The notes under the pieces: model-generated | Databases searched by the model: none | What the model saw: only the letters and a program-made list of their open reading frames with translations | What the model was told of the DNA's origin: nothing | Part shown: one piece after another, positions 38,084 to 50,059 of the stretch | How positions within the stretch are numbered: the first letter of the stretch is position 1 | Layout: every line of letters begins with the position of its first letter | Program-made: the position numbers and the translations under genes | Assembly: GCA_010909165.1 (NCBI GenBank) | Contig: MU008155.1 | Location: forward strand, 2,356,001 to 2,420,000 | DNA from: Anthoceros angustus | Lineage: Eukaryota > Plantae > Anthocerotophyta | Direction of reading: 5' to 3' | Length of the DNA: 64,000 bases

Positions 38084-38462
38084 TGTTAAATACTCTAACG
38101 CCTTGGACTCACACTAGGGAGTTCAACACGTCATGGCTCACTCACCGGGAGGTCACTATGTGAGAAACTTTGCCGAGCAATTGGAGCAACATAAGTCGCC
38201 AAGGAGTGTGGATCGCATTGGGAGAGGGAAAAGGGCATGAGGATCGGGAGAGAGAAGGGAAGGAAAGAGAGAGGTATGTAGAGAAGATATGGGTGAAAAA
38301 GGATAACATGAGAAAACAATATAAATATGGAAGATGAAGAGAAGGGAAAATGGGAAAATGGGAAGGAGAAACAAAAGAAATGAGAGGATATGGAGAAATA
38401 GTAAAGAATCTTCCTCTTGAGCGAGGAATGTTTTATTGAAAGGCAAAAAAATGGTATATATA
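38084..38462 (-). mobile_element. Ty1/copia LTR, downstream part, interrupted at its TATA box
   Basis: Matches 59843-60220. The minus strand ends ...TTTAACA and contains AATAAA. Confidence 0.7.
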
Positions 38463-39550
38463 TGTGGCGCGACTCGATGGCCGGTAGCGCGCACAATCCG
38501 TGTCGTTGTAGGAAGAGTCCGTTCCCAAGGGAATGGTCGTGCTTATACTGAGCTCTGACCCTATCGCTGAGCGGACTTCATCGAGGTTGGGTCGGCGGCT
38601 CCACAACCCCAAGTGTGTGCCCCTCCACAACTCGTCGGACGGTAGCGCGTGCCGGACCTTCCCACAAACCCACGGTTTCTCGATTACTACGGAGCAGGTT
38701 TGAGCGTTCGCCCGTGATCGTACTCTAGCGCGCTCCTCAACTCTGTCGGCCACAACTCCACCTCAACACACACGCCGTAACGACCCTTCTCCCTTATCCA
38801 TTCCGGCTAGTAGTCACAACACCAACACGCCGATGTATTCACCGGGCCGCCTTTGCCCCTTGCCTTCCGTTACTGCGGAGTAGCTGCGACTACAACCCCT
38901 GACCGTTCAATGACCTCAAGGATGGCTTCCGCCCGAGTCACCCCAAGCGCCTCCTAATCCCCTCCGGGCTTCACGTTCTGCGGAGAAGTGGCTTGACTGC
39001 ATCCCCTGACCTCCGTTCAGTGACCTCCAAGGATGGCTTCCGCCCGAGTCACCCCAAGCGCCTCCTAATCCCCCTCATGCTTCACGTTCTGCGGAGAAGT
39101 AGCTTGACTGCATCCCCCACTGACCTCCGTTCAGCCTCAAGGATGGCTTCCGCCAGTCGCCCCAGCGCCTCCTAATCCCCTCCCGGCGTTACGCGGAGTG
39201 GCCATGACTGCATCCCAGCCTCGTTCAGACCTCCAAGGATGGCTTCCCGCTTAGCGCCTCTAATCCCCTCCGGCACTTCACGTTAACCCATGACTGCATC
39301 CCCACGGCCTCCGTTCAGTGACCTCCAAGGTTAGTCTACACAGAAATCACCCATGAGCACCTCCCGAGCTCAGTCCAGGCCCAGTGCACCCATCAGCGTG
39401 TTGGCGGAGCTCGTCACGAGCTCTAAACACATCCCTCTACCACCAATTAATCACGCGGTGGCGAGGAACTCACTCCGCTCCTCGAGCACGGAAGGCAAAA
39501 CACACGGGCCTTGAAGATGGTACCGAATGATCTGCGTCTTGGGCCAGCCT

Positions 39551-39562
39551 TCCTATATACTC
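39551..39562 (-). promoter_or_regulatory. LTR TATA box (GTATATAGGA), repeated in most LTR copies
   Basis: Plus-strand cttcctatatactccc sits downstream (on the minus strand) of the 27-28-bp U3-like repeats. Confidence 0.6.
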
Positions 39563-40030
39563 CCATACCTAACCTAACCGCCTATGTATGTATCCTAACC
39601 ACATATGTACCCTAACCACAGGTCGTGGTAACCCGGGACAAGCTCATCAACTGCGCGGACTTCTTGCACCAGTGCCCCTTAAGCAGTAGATCCATGCCGG
39701 CGTGCCCACCAAACTAAACCACCGGCGGACCACTCGTCGGACGGGCGGACCACTCCATCGGACCTCTCGAGCGGACCACTCCATCGGACCTCGGCGGACC
39801 ACTCCGTCGGACCTCGCCGGATGACCACTCCGTCGGACCTCGCCGGACGGACCACTCAGGTCGGACCTCTCGGACGGACCACTCAAATCCTCCAGCGGAT
39901 AGGGTCTAGGATTGCACTCTAAGTGCAATCGGAATAGCCTTATTGGCTAACTCCTCCCTATCCCTCTTGCGATGTGACCCAAAAAAGCAAAACAAGCCGC
40001 CAAAATGCGGACATCGGTTGGCACTCCACA

Positions 40031-40044
40031 TACTCCCTTCTCAT
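40031..40044 (-). other. Polypurine tract of the chained LTR element (first instance)
   Basis: Minus-strand ATGAGAAGGGAGTA immediately precedes the LTR start TGTGGAGTGCC. Confidence 0.7.
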
Positions 40045-43000
40045 CTGTTGGCCTCGCCAACACCCGCAATACTCCGCTCTTTCAGTGGACTCTCCCTTCT
40101 CGGCTTTTACTACCTCCTCGGTGTCGGCCAAGTCCTAAGCAACATTGGGAACCTTTTTACCAAGATTCATCCTCCGTTGAGGATGAGTCGCCCTCCTCCT
40201 CAGGGTTGATGTCGTCCTCCCGGTGCCCGTGCCCATCTTCTTTCTCCCTTTGAGCATCTTTGGGCCTCCCGCTAGATTCGCACCCTCGGCGTCCGGTCCT
40301 GCATCCTCCCTACTCAGATACTCCACGCGCCCGACCATTACACCCATCCACAGCACCAATCGCGGCGTCCTACTCCTACCTACTAACTCGAGGTCCACAA
40401 CAATACCATTCCCGAGCAGCGCCAAAATGTGGCGCGACTTTTGATGGCCGGTAGGCGCGCACAATCCGTGTCGTTGTAGGAAGGTCCGTTCCCAAGGGAA
40501 TGGTCTCGTGCTTATTACTGAGCTCTGACTATCGCTGAGCGGACTTCATCGGTTGGGTCGGCGGCTCCACAACCCCAAGTGTGTGCCCTCCACAACTCGT
40601 CGGACGGTAGCGCGTGCCGGACCTTCCCACAAACCCGCGGTTCTCCGGTACTAGGAGCAGGTTTAGCAGCGCGTTCCTTGATCTCGTACTCTAAGCGCCC
40701 AGCGCTCCTCAACTCTGTCGGCCACAACTCCACCTCAACACACACGACGACCCTTCTCCCTTATCCATTCCGGCTAGTAGTCACAACACCAACACGCGAT
40801 GTATTCACAGGCCGCCTTTGCCTTGCTTCCGTTACGGAGTAGCTGCGACTACAACCCCGACCGTTCCGGTGACCTCAAGGATGGCTTCCGCCCGAGTCAC
40901 CCCAAGCGCCTCCTAATCCCCTCCGGTGCTTCACGTTGCGGAGAGTGGCTTCGACTGCATCCCCGACCTCCGTTCAGTGACCTCAAGGATGGCTTCCGAG
41001 TCACCCCAGCGCCTCCTAATCCCCTCATGCTTCACGTTACTGCGGAGAAGTGGCTTGACTGCATCCCCTCCGTTCCGGCCTCAAGGATGGCTTCCGCCCA
41101 GTAGTCACCGCCTCCTAATCCCCTCATGCTTCACGTTGCGGAGAGTGCACTGCCTACGACCTCAGTTCAGACCTCAAGGATGGCTTCCGCCCGGTGTCGC
41201 CCCAGCGCCTCCTAATCCCCTCAGTGCTTCACGTTGCGGAGAGTGGCCCACTGCATCCTGACCTCCGTTCAGCCTCAAGGATGGCTTCCGCCCGAGTCAC
41301 CCCAAGCGCCTCTAATCCCCTCACCTTCACGTTACCTGCATCCCCATCTGACCTCAGTTCAGCCTCCAAGGTTAGTCTGTAGAAATCACCCGCGAGCACC
41401 TCCTGCTCGGTCCAGGCCAGTGCACCCATCAGCGTGTTGGCGGAGCTCGTCACGAGCTCTAAACACATCCCTCTACCACCAATTAATCACACGGTGGCGA
41501 GAACTCACTCACTCCGCTCCTCGAGCACGGAAGGCAAACTGCAGGCCGAAGATGGTACCGGGAATAGTCTGCCGTCTTGGGCGCGGGCCTTCCTATATAC
41601 TCCCATACCTAACCTAACACATGTATGTATCCTAACTGCTATGTATGTACCTAACCACAGGTCGTGGTAAGCAGGGGCTCATCCATGCGGACTTCTTGCA
41701 CCAGTGCCCCTTAAGCAGTAGATCCATGCGGCGATGCCCAAACTAAACCACGGCGAGACCACTCCGTCGGACCTCGGACGGACCTCCGGACCTCGGACGG
41801 ACCACTCCATCGGACCTCGCCGGGCAGACCACTCGTCGGACCTCGCCGGATGACCACTCCGTCGGACCTCGCCGGACGGACCACTCCGTCGGACCCGGAC
41901 GGACCACTCGTCCTCCAGCGGACCAGGTCTAGGGATTGCACTCTAAGTGCAATCGGCGAAATGGCCTTATTGGCTAACTCCTCCCTATCCCTCTTAACGA
42001 TGTGACCAGCAAAACAAGCCAAAATGCGGACATCGGTTGGCACTCCACATACTCCTTCTCATACATTGGCGGCCTCGCCAACACCCAGGCAATACTCCGC
42101 TCTTTCAGTAGGACTCTCCCTTCTCGGCTTTTACTACCTCCTCGGTGTCGGCCAAGTCCGGCAACATTGGAACCTTTTTACCAAGATTCATCCTCAGATT
42201 GAGGATGAGTCGCCTCCTCCTCAGGGTTGATGTCGTCCTCCCGGTAGCGTGCCCATCTTCTTTCTCCCTTTGAGCATCTTTGGGCCTCCGCTAGATTCGC
42301 ACCCTCGGCGTCCGGTCCTGCATCCTCCCTATACTCCCATACTCCTGGCGCTGACCACACCCATCCACAACCCCAATCGCGGCCGTCCTACTCCTACCTA
42401 CTAACTCGGGCAGCGGTCCACAATACCATTCCCGGCAGCGCCAAAATGTGGCGACTTTTGATGGCGGTAGGTAGCGCCAATCCGTGTCGTTGTAGGAAGG
42501 AGTCCGTTCCCAAGGAATGGTCTCGTGCTTTGCTGCCTCTGACTATCGCTGAGCGGACTTCATCGAGTTGGGTCCGGCTCCACAACCCTGGTGTGCCCCT
42601 CCACAACTCGTCGGACCGGTGCCGGACCTTCCACAAACCACGGTTTCTCGATACTAGGAGCAGGTTTAACGCGTTCCTTGTCGATCCTCTCGTACTCTGG
42701 CGCCCAGCGCTCCTCAACTCTGTCCACAACTCCACCTCAACACACACGCGTAACGACCCTTCTCCCTTATCCATTCGGCTAGTAGTCACAACACCAACAC
42801 GCCGATGTATTCACACGGGCCGCCTTTGCCCCGGCTTCACGTTACTGAGATAGCTTTCTGACCTGACCCCGTTCGGTGACCTCCAAGGATGGCTTCCGCC
42901 CAGTCACCCCAGCGCCTCCTAATCCCCTCCGGGCACTTCACGTTCTGAGTCCCACGCTGCATCCCCACCTCGTTCCAGCCTCAAGGATGGCTTCCGCCCA

Positions 43001-46000
43001 GTCACCCCAAGCGCCTCCTAATCCCCTCCCGCTTCACGTTGGAGCCCTGGCTGCATCCCCACCTCCGTTCGGCCTCCAAGGATGGCTTCCGCCCGGTCGC
43101 CCCAGCGCCTCCTAATCCCCTCGGGCCTTCACGTTACTGCGGAGAGTGGCTTCCACTGACCTAGTTCCGGCCTCAGGATGGCTACAGACGGGTCTCGCCT
43201 CCTAATCCCCTCCGGGCCCGTTGCGGAGAAGTGGCTTCTGCATCCCCACCTCCGTTCAGCCTCAGGTTAGTCTCGCACCAGAAATCACCCCGAGCACCTC
43301 CCAGGTGGGTAGCAGTCTGCCAGCGTGTTGGCGGAGCTCGTCACGAGCTCTAAACACATCCCTCTACCACCAATTAATCCACACGGTGGCGAGAACTCAC
43401 TCGCTCCTCGAGCACGGAAGGCAGAGACCTGGCCAGATGGTAGCAGGAATACGCCGTCTTGGGCGCAGCCTTCCTATATACTCCCATACCTAACTAACCC
43501 CGCCTGTATGTATCCTAACCACCTATGTATGTACCTAACCACAGTCGTGGTAACGCGGGCGTAGCTCATCATCGGACTTCTTTTCCTTGCCCATAGCAGA
43601 TCCATGCAGGATACCCACCAAACTAAACCACCCGGCGAGACCACTCAATCGGACTTCGCCGGCGGACCTCGCCGGACCTCGAGCAGACCACTCCGCCGGA
43701 CCTCAGACCACTCAGGCCGGACCTCGCCCGGATGACCACTCCGTCGGACCTCGCCGGACGGACCACTCCGTCGGACCGCCGGACGGACCACTCCGTCCTC
43801 CAGCGGACCGAGGTCTAGGGATTGCACTCTAAGTGCAATCGGCCAATATTATTGGCTAACTCCTCCCTATCCCTCTTAGATGTGACCCAAAAAAAGCAAA
43901 ACAAGCCAAAATGCGGACATGGTTTGGCACTCCATACTCCCTTCTCATACATTGGCGGCCTGCGCCAACACCCAATACTCCGCTCTTTCAGTGGACTCTC
44001 CCTTCTCGACTTTTACTACTTCCTCGGTGTCGGCCAAGTCCGGCAACATTGGAACCTTTTTACCAAGATTCATCCTCAGATTGAGGATGAGTCGCCCTCC
44101 TCCGAGGTTGATGTCGTCCTCCAGCGCCGTGCCCATCTTCTTTCTCCCTTTGAGCATCTTGGGCCTCCCGCTAGATTCGCACCCTCGGCGTCCGGTCCTG
44201 CATCCTCCCTATACTATATACTCCACAAGCTGCGACCATTACACCCATCCACAACGCAATCGGCGTCCTCCCTACCTACTAACTCGGCGGATCCACAACA
44301 ATACCATTCCCGACAGCGCCAAAATGTGCGCGACTTTTCTTGATGGCCGGTAGCGCACAATCCGTGTCGTTGTAGGAAGGTCCGTTCCCAAGGGAATGGT
44401 CTCGTGCTTATACTGAGCTCTGACTATCGCACACGGACTTCATCATCGAGTTGGGTCGGCTCCACAACCCAAGTGTGTGCCCTCCACAACTCGTCGGACG
44501 GTAGCGTGGACCTTCCACAAACCCGCGGTTTCTCGATACTAGGAGCAGGTTTGCGTAGCGTTCCTTGATGATCGTACTCTAAGCGCCCAGCGCTCCTCAA
44601 CTCTGTCCACAACTCCACCTCAACACACGCGTAACACGACCCTTCTCCCTTATCCATTTCCGGCTAGTAGTCACAACACCAACGATGTATTCACACGGGC
44701 CGCCTTTGCTTCCGGGTGCCGTTACGGTAGCTTTGCGGCCTGCAACCCCTGCGTTCAGTGACCTCAAGGATGGCTTCCGTGAGTCACCCCAGCGCCTCCT
44801 AATCCCCTCGGGCTTCCGTTGGAGAAGTGGCTTCGACTGCATCCCCACGGCCTCCGTTCAGCTGACCTCAAGGATGGCTTCCGCCCGTGAGTCACCCCAG
44901 CGCCTCCTAATCCCCTCCCGGGCACTTCACGTTGGAGAAGTGGCTGCCTAATCTGACCTCCGTTCCGGCCTCAGGATGGCTTCCATGAGTCACCCCAGCG
45001 CCTCCTAATCCTCGGGCTTCCGTTGCGGAGGTGGCGACTGCATCCCCACGGCCTCCGTTCCGGCCTCAGGATGGCTTCAGTCGCCCCCAAGCGCCTCTAA
45101 TCCCCTCAGGCTGCTTCACGTTACTGCGGAGAGTGGCTTGCGGCTGCATCCCCACGGCCTCCGTTCAGCCTCAGGATGGCTTCCGTTGGAGAAGTGGCTT
45201 CCATGAGTCACCCCAGCGCCAAAATGCGGACGCCGGTTTGGCACTCCATCAAGCGTGTTGGCGGAGCTCGTCACGAGCTCTAAACACATCCCTCTACCAC
45301 CAATTAATCCTGCGGTGGCGAGAACTCACTCCGCTCCTCGAGCACGGAAGGCAAGCTGCAGGCGAGATGGTACCGAAGCCTGGTCTTGGGCCGAGCCCAC
45401 TATACCGTCCCTGCTCTATGTATCCTAACCCTGTATGTACCTAACCACAGTCGTGGTAACGCGGGCGTAGCTCATCATCGGACTTCTTTTCCTTGCCCAT
45501 AGCAGATCCATGCAGGCGTGCCCAAACTAAACCACGGAGACCACTCAATCGGACTTGCCCGGGGACCTCAGCCGGACCTCTCAGGGCAGACCACTCCGCC
45601 GGACCTCGCCAGACGGACCACTCCGTCGGACCTCGCCCGGATGACCACTCGTCGGACCTCGCCGGACGGACCACTCCGTCGGACCTCGCCGGACGGACCA
45701 CTCCGTCCTCCAGCGGACCGAGGTCTAGGGATTGCCTCTAAGTGCAATCGGCGGCCTTATTGGCTAACTCCTCCCTATCCCTCTTAACGATGCTGACCAA
45801 AAAAAGCAAAACAAGCCCGAGCGGACGCCGGTTTGGCACTCCACATACTCCCCTCATTGGCGGCCTCGCCAACACCCAGGCAATACTCCGCTCTTTCGGA
45901 CTCTCTCCCTTCTCGACTTTTACTACCTCCTCGGGGTGTATGAGTCCGGCAACATTGGGAACCTTTTTACCAAGATTCATCCTCCGTTGAGGATGAGTCG

Positions 46001-49000
46001 CCCTCCTCCTCAGGGTTGATGTCTTAGTCCTCCCGGCGCCCGTGCCCATCTTCTTTCTCCCTTTGAGCATCTTTGGGCCTCACTGGGTCGCACCCTCGGC
46101 GTCCGGTCCTGCATCCTCCCTATACAGCCTGACCATTACACCCATCGGCCGTCCTACTCCTACCTACTTTCGGTGATCCACAATACCATTCCCGACAGCG
46201 CCAAAATGTGCGCGACTTGATGGCCGGTAGGTAGCGCACAATCCGTGTCGTTGTAGGAAGAGTCCGTTCCCAAGGGAATGGTCTCGTGCTTCAATGCACG
46301 AGCTCTACTATCGCTGAGCGGACTTCATCGAGTTGGGTCGGCTCCACAACCCTAAGTGTGTGCCCTCCACAACTCGTCGGACCCGGTAGCGCGACCGGAC
46401 CTTCCACAAACCACGGTTTCTCGATACTAGGAGCAGGTTTAACGGCGCGTTCCTTGCGATCCTACTCTGGCGCCCGGCGCTCCTCAACTCTGTCCGTACC
46501 GCTCCACCTCAACACACGCGTAACGACCCTTCTCCCTTATCCATTTCCGGCTAGTAGTCACAACACCAACACGCCCGATGTATTCACACGGGCCGCCTTT
46601 GCTTCCGGGTACCTTGCGTTACTGCGGAGAAGTGGCTTGCGGCTGCATCCCCACGACCTCCGTTCAGTGACCTCCAAGGATGGCTTCCGAGTCACCCCAG
46701 CGCCTCTAATCCTCCTTGCTTCCGTTGCGGAGGCTTGTGACCTGCATCCCCTGACCTCCGTTCAAAGACCTCAGGATGGCTTCCGAGTCACCCCAAGCGC
46801 CTCCTAATCCCCTCCCGGCTTCACGTTGGAGAAGTGGCTTGCGGCTGCATCCCCACGACCGTTCGGCCTCAGGATGGCTTCCATGGTGGCCCAGCGCCTC
46901 TAATCCCCTCGGGCCTTCACGTTGCGGAGAAGTGGCCAGGCCCTCTCCACGACCTCCGTTCAGCGGCCTCAAGGATGGCCAGTCGCCCCCGCCTCCTAAT
47001 CCCCTCGGGCCTTCCGTTGGAGAAGTGGCTTCATGACTGCATCCCCACGACCTCCGTTCAGCCTCCAGTTAGTCTCGCACCAGAAATCACCCACCTCACA
47101 GGCTCAGTCAGCCCGGTCTGCACCCATCAGCGTGTTGGCGGGCTCGTCACGAGCTCTAAACACATCCCTCTACCACCAATTAATCCTGCGGTGGCGAGAA
47201 CTCACTCCGCTCCTCGAGCACGGAAGCGAAACGGGCCTTGAAGATGGTACGGGAATAGTCACCGTCTTGGGCCTCCTTCTACTCCCATACCTAACTAACC
47301 CGCCTATGTATCCTAACCACCTATGTATGTACCTAACCACAGGTAGTAATGTGCAGGACCTCAGGATGGCTTCCGCCGGACCACTCAATCGGACTTCTTG
47401 CACCAGGTACTTCCGTCAGACCATGCGGGCGATGCCCACCGCTAACCACGCCGGACCACTCAATCGGACTTGCGGGCAGACCACTCGTCGGACCTCGCGG
47501 GCAGACCACTCCGACCTCGCCCGGGCGGACCACTCAGGCCGGACCTCGCCGGATGACTCCGTCGGACCTGCCGGACGGACCACTCCGTCGGACCGCCGGA
47601 CCACTCGTCCTCAGCAGGCCCAGGTCTAAAGTACCTTTAAAATAAGTGCCGATTGGCTAACTCCTCCCTATCCCTCTTGATGTGACCAAAAGCAAAACAA
47701 GCCAAAATGCGGACATGGTTGGCACTCCACATACTCCCTTCTCATACATTGGCGGCCTCGCCCGAACAATACTCCGCTCTTTCAGTGGACTCTCCCTTCT
47801 CGACTTTTACTACCTCCTCGGTGTCGTAAGTCCGGCAACATTGGGAACCTTTTTACCAAGATTCATCCTCCGTTGAGGATGAGTCGCCCTCCTCCTCAGG
47901 GTTGATGTCGTCCTCCCAGTGCCCATCTTCTTTCTCCCTTTGAGCATCTTTGGGCCTCCCGCTAGATTCGCACCCTCGGCGTCCGGTCCTATGCATCCTC
48001 CCTATATACTCCACAAGCGCCCCGGCCATTACACCCATCCACAGCATGATCGGCCGTCCTACTCCTACCTACTAACTCGTGATCCACAACAATACCATTC
48101 CCGCAGCGCCAAAATGTGCGCGACTTTTCTTGATGGCGGTAGCGCGCACAATCCGTGTCGTTGTAGGAAGGAGTCCGTTCCCAAGGAATGGTCGTGCTTA
48201 TTGCACGAGCTCTGACCTATCGCTGAGCGGACTTCATCGGGTTGGGTCGGCTCCACAACCCAAGTGTGTGCCCTCCACAACTCGTCGGACGGTAGCGCGA
48301 CCGGACCTTCCACAAACCACTTGGTTTCTCCGGTACTAAGAGCAGGTTTAACGCGTTCCGATCGATCTCGTACTCTAAGCGGCTCCTCAACTCTGTCCCC
48401 GCAACTCCACCTCAACACACCTGCAGCGTAACCGACCCTTCTCCCTTATCCATTCCGGCTAGTAGTCACAACACCAACACGCCGATGTATTCACACCGGG
48501 CCGCCTTTGCCCCTTCAGCTTCACGTTGCGGAGTAGCTGCGACTGCATCCCCACGACCTCCGTTCAGGCCTCAGGATGGCCAGAGTCACCCCAAGCGCCT
48601 CCTAATCCCCTCAGGCTTCACGTTGCGGAGAAGTGGCTTCATGACACCATCCCCACGACCTCCGTTCAATGACCTCAAGGATGGCTTCCATAGAGTCACC
48701 CCAGCGCCTCCTAATCCCCTCCTTCACGTTACTGCAGTGGCTTCGCACTGCATCCCCGACCTCGTTCAGTGACCTCAAGGATGGCTTCCAGTCGCCCCAG
48801 CCTCCTAATCCCCTCCGGGCACTTCACGTTGCGGAGAAGTGGCTTCGCACTGCATCCCCGACCTCCGTTCAGCCTCAGGATGGCTTCCGTCGCCCCAGCG
48901 CCTCCTAATCCCCTCAGCTTCACGTTGCGGAGAAGTGGCTTGACTGCATCCCCTCAGTTCGGACCTCAAGGTTAGTCTACGAGAAATCACCCGCGAGCAC

Positions 49001-50041
49001 CTCCACGATCACGCACCCATCAGCGTGTTGGCGGAGCTCGTCACGAGCTCTAAACACATCCCTCTACCACCAATTAATCACACGGTGGCGAGAACTCACT
49101 CGCTCCTCGAGCACGGAAGGCAAACACCGCAGGCCTTGAAGATGGTACCGGAATAGTCTTGGGCGCGGGCCTTCCTATATACTCCCATACCTAACCTAAC
49201 CCGCCTATGTATGTATCCTAACCACTATGTATGTACCTAACCACAGGTCGTGTGTAACGGGCGTAGCTCATCACTGCCGGACTTCTTGCCATTGCTTCCC
49301 ATGCAGTAGATCCATGCAGGCGATGCCCGCAAACTAAACCACCCGGCGAGACCACTCGTCGGACCTTGCAGACGGACCACTCGCCGGACCTCTCAGGCGG
49401 ACCACTCCCCATCGGACCTCGCCGGGGCCAGACCACTCCGTCGGACCTCGCCGGACCACTCGTCCGGACCTCGCCGGACGGACCACTCCGTCGGACCTCG
49501 CCGGACGGACCACTCCGTCCTCCAGCGGACGGTCTAGGGATTGCACTCTAAGTGCAATCGGCCAATAGCCTTATTGGCTAACTCCTCCCTATCCCTCTTA
49601 ACGATGTGACCCAAAAAAGCAAAACAAGCCGCCAAAATGCGGACATCGGTTTGGCACTCCATACTCCTTCTCATACATTGGCGGCCTCGCCAACACCCAA
49701 TACTCCGCTCTTTCAGTCGGACTCTCCCTTCTCGGCTTTTACTACCTCCTCGGTGTCGGCAAGTCCGGCAACATTGGGAACCTTTTTACCAAGATTCATC
49801 CTCAGATTGAGGATGAGTCGCCCTCCTCCTCCGAGGTTGATGTCAGTCCTCCAGCGCCGTGCCATCTTCTTTCTCCCTTTGAGCATCTTTGGGCCTCCCG
49901 CTAGATTCGCACCCTCGGCGTCCAGGTCCTGTGCATCCTCCCTATACATATACTCCACAAGCTGCGACCATTACACCCATCCACAAGCATGATCGGCGTC
50001 CTACTCCTACCTACTAACTCGGCGGATCCACAACAATACCA

Positions 50042-50059
50042 TTCCCGGCAGCGGCGCCA
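50042..50059 (-). other. Primer-binding site, best-preserved copy; tRNA-Asp-like
   Basis: Minus-strand TGGCGCCGCTGCCGGGAA lies 3 nt after the LTR end. It matches the recalled plant tRNA-Asp 3' end at 16/18. Other copies read TGGCGCTG(C/T)CGGGAA. Confidence 0.6.

Noticed and set aside
39566-39600. Telomere-like CCTAACCTAACC in the LTRs, and TTAGGGTTT at ~1582
   Set aside because: Only one or two units, too short to call an interstitial telomere.
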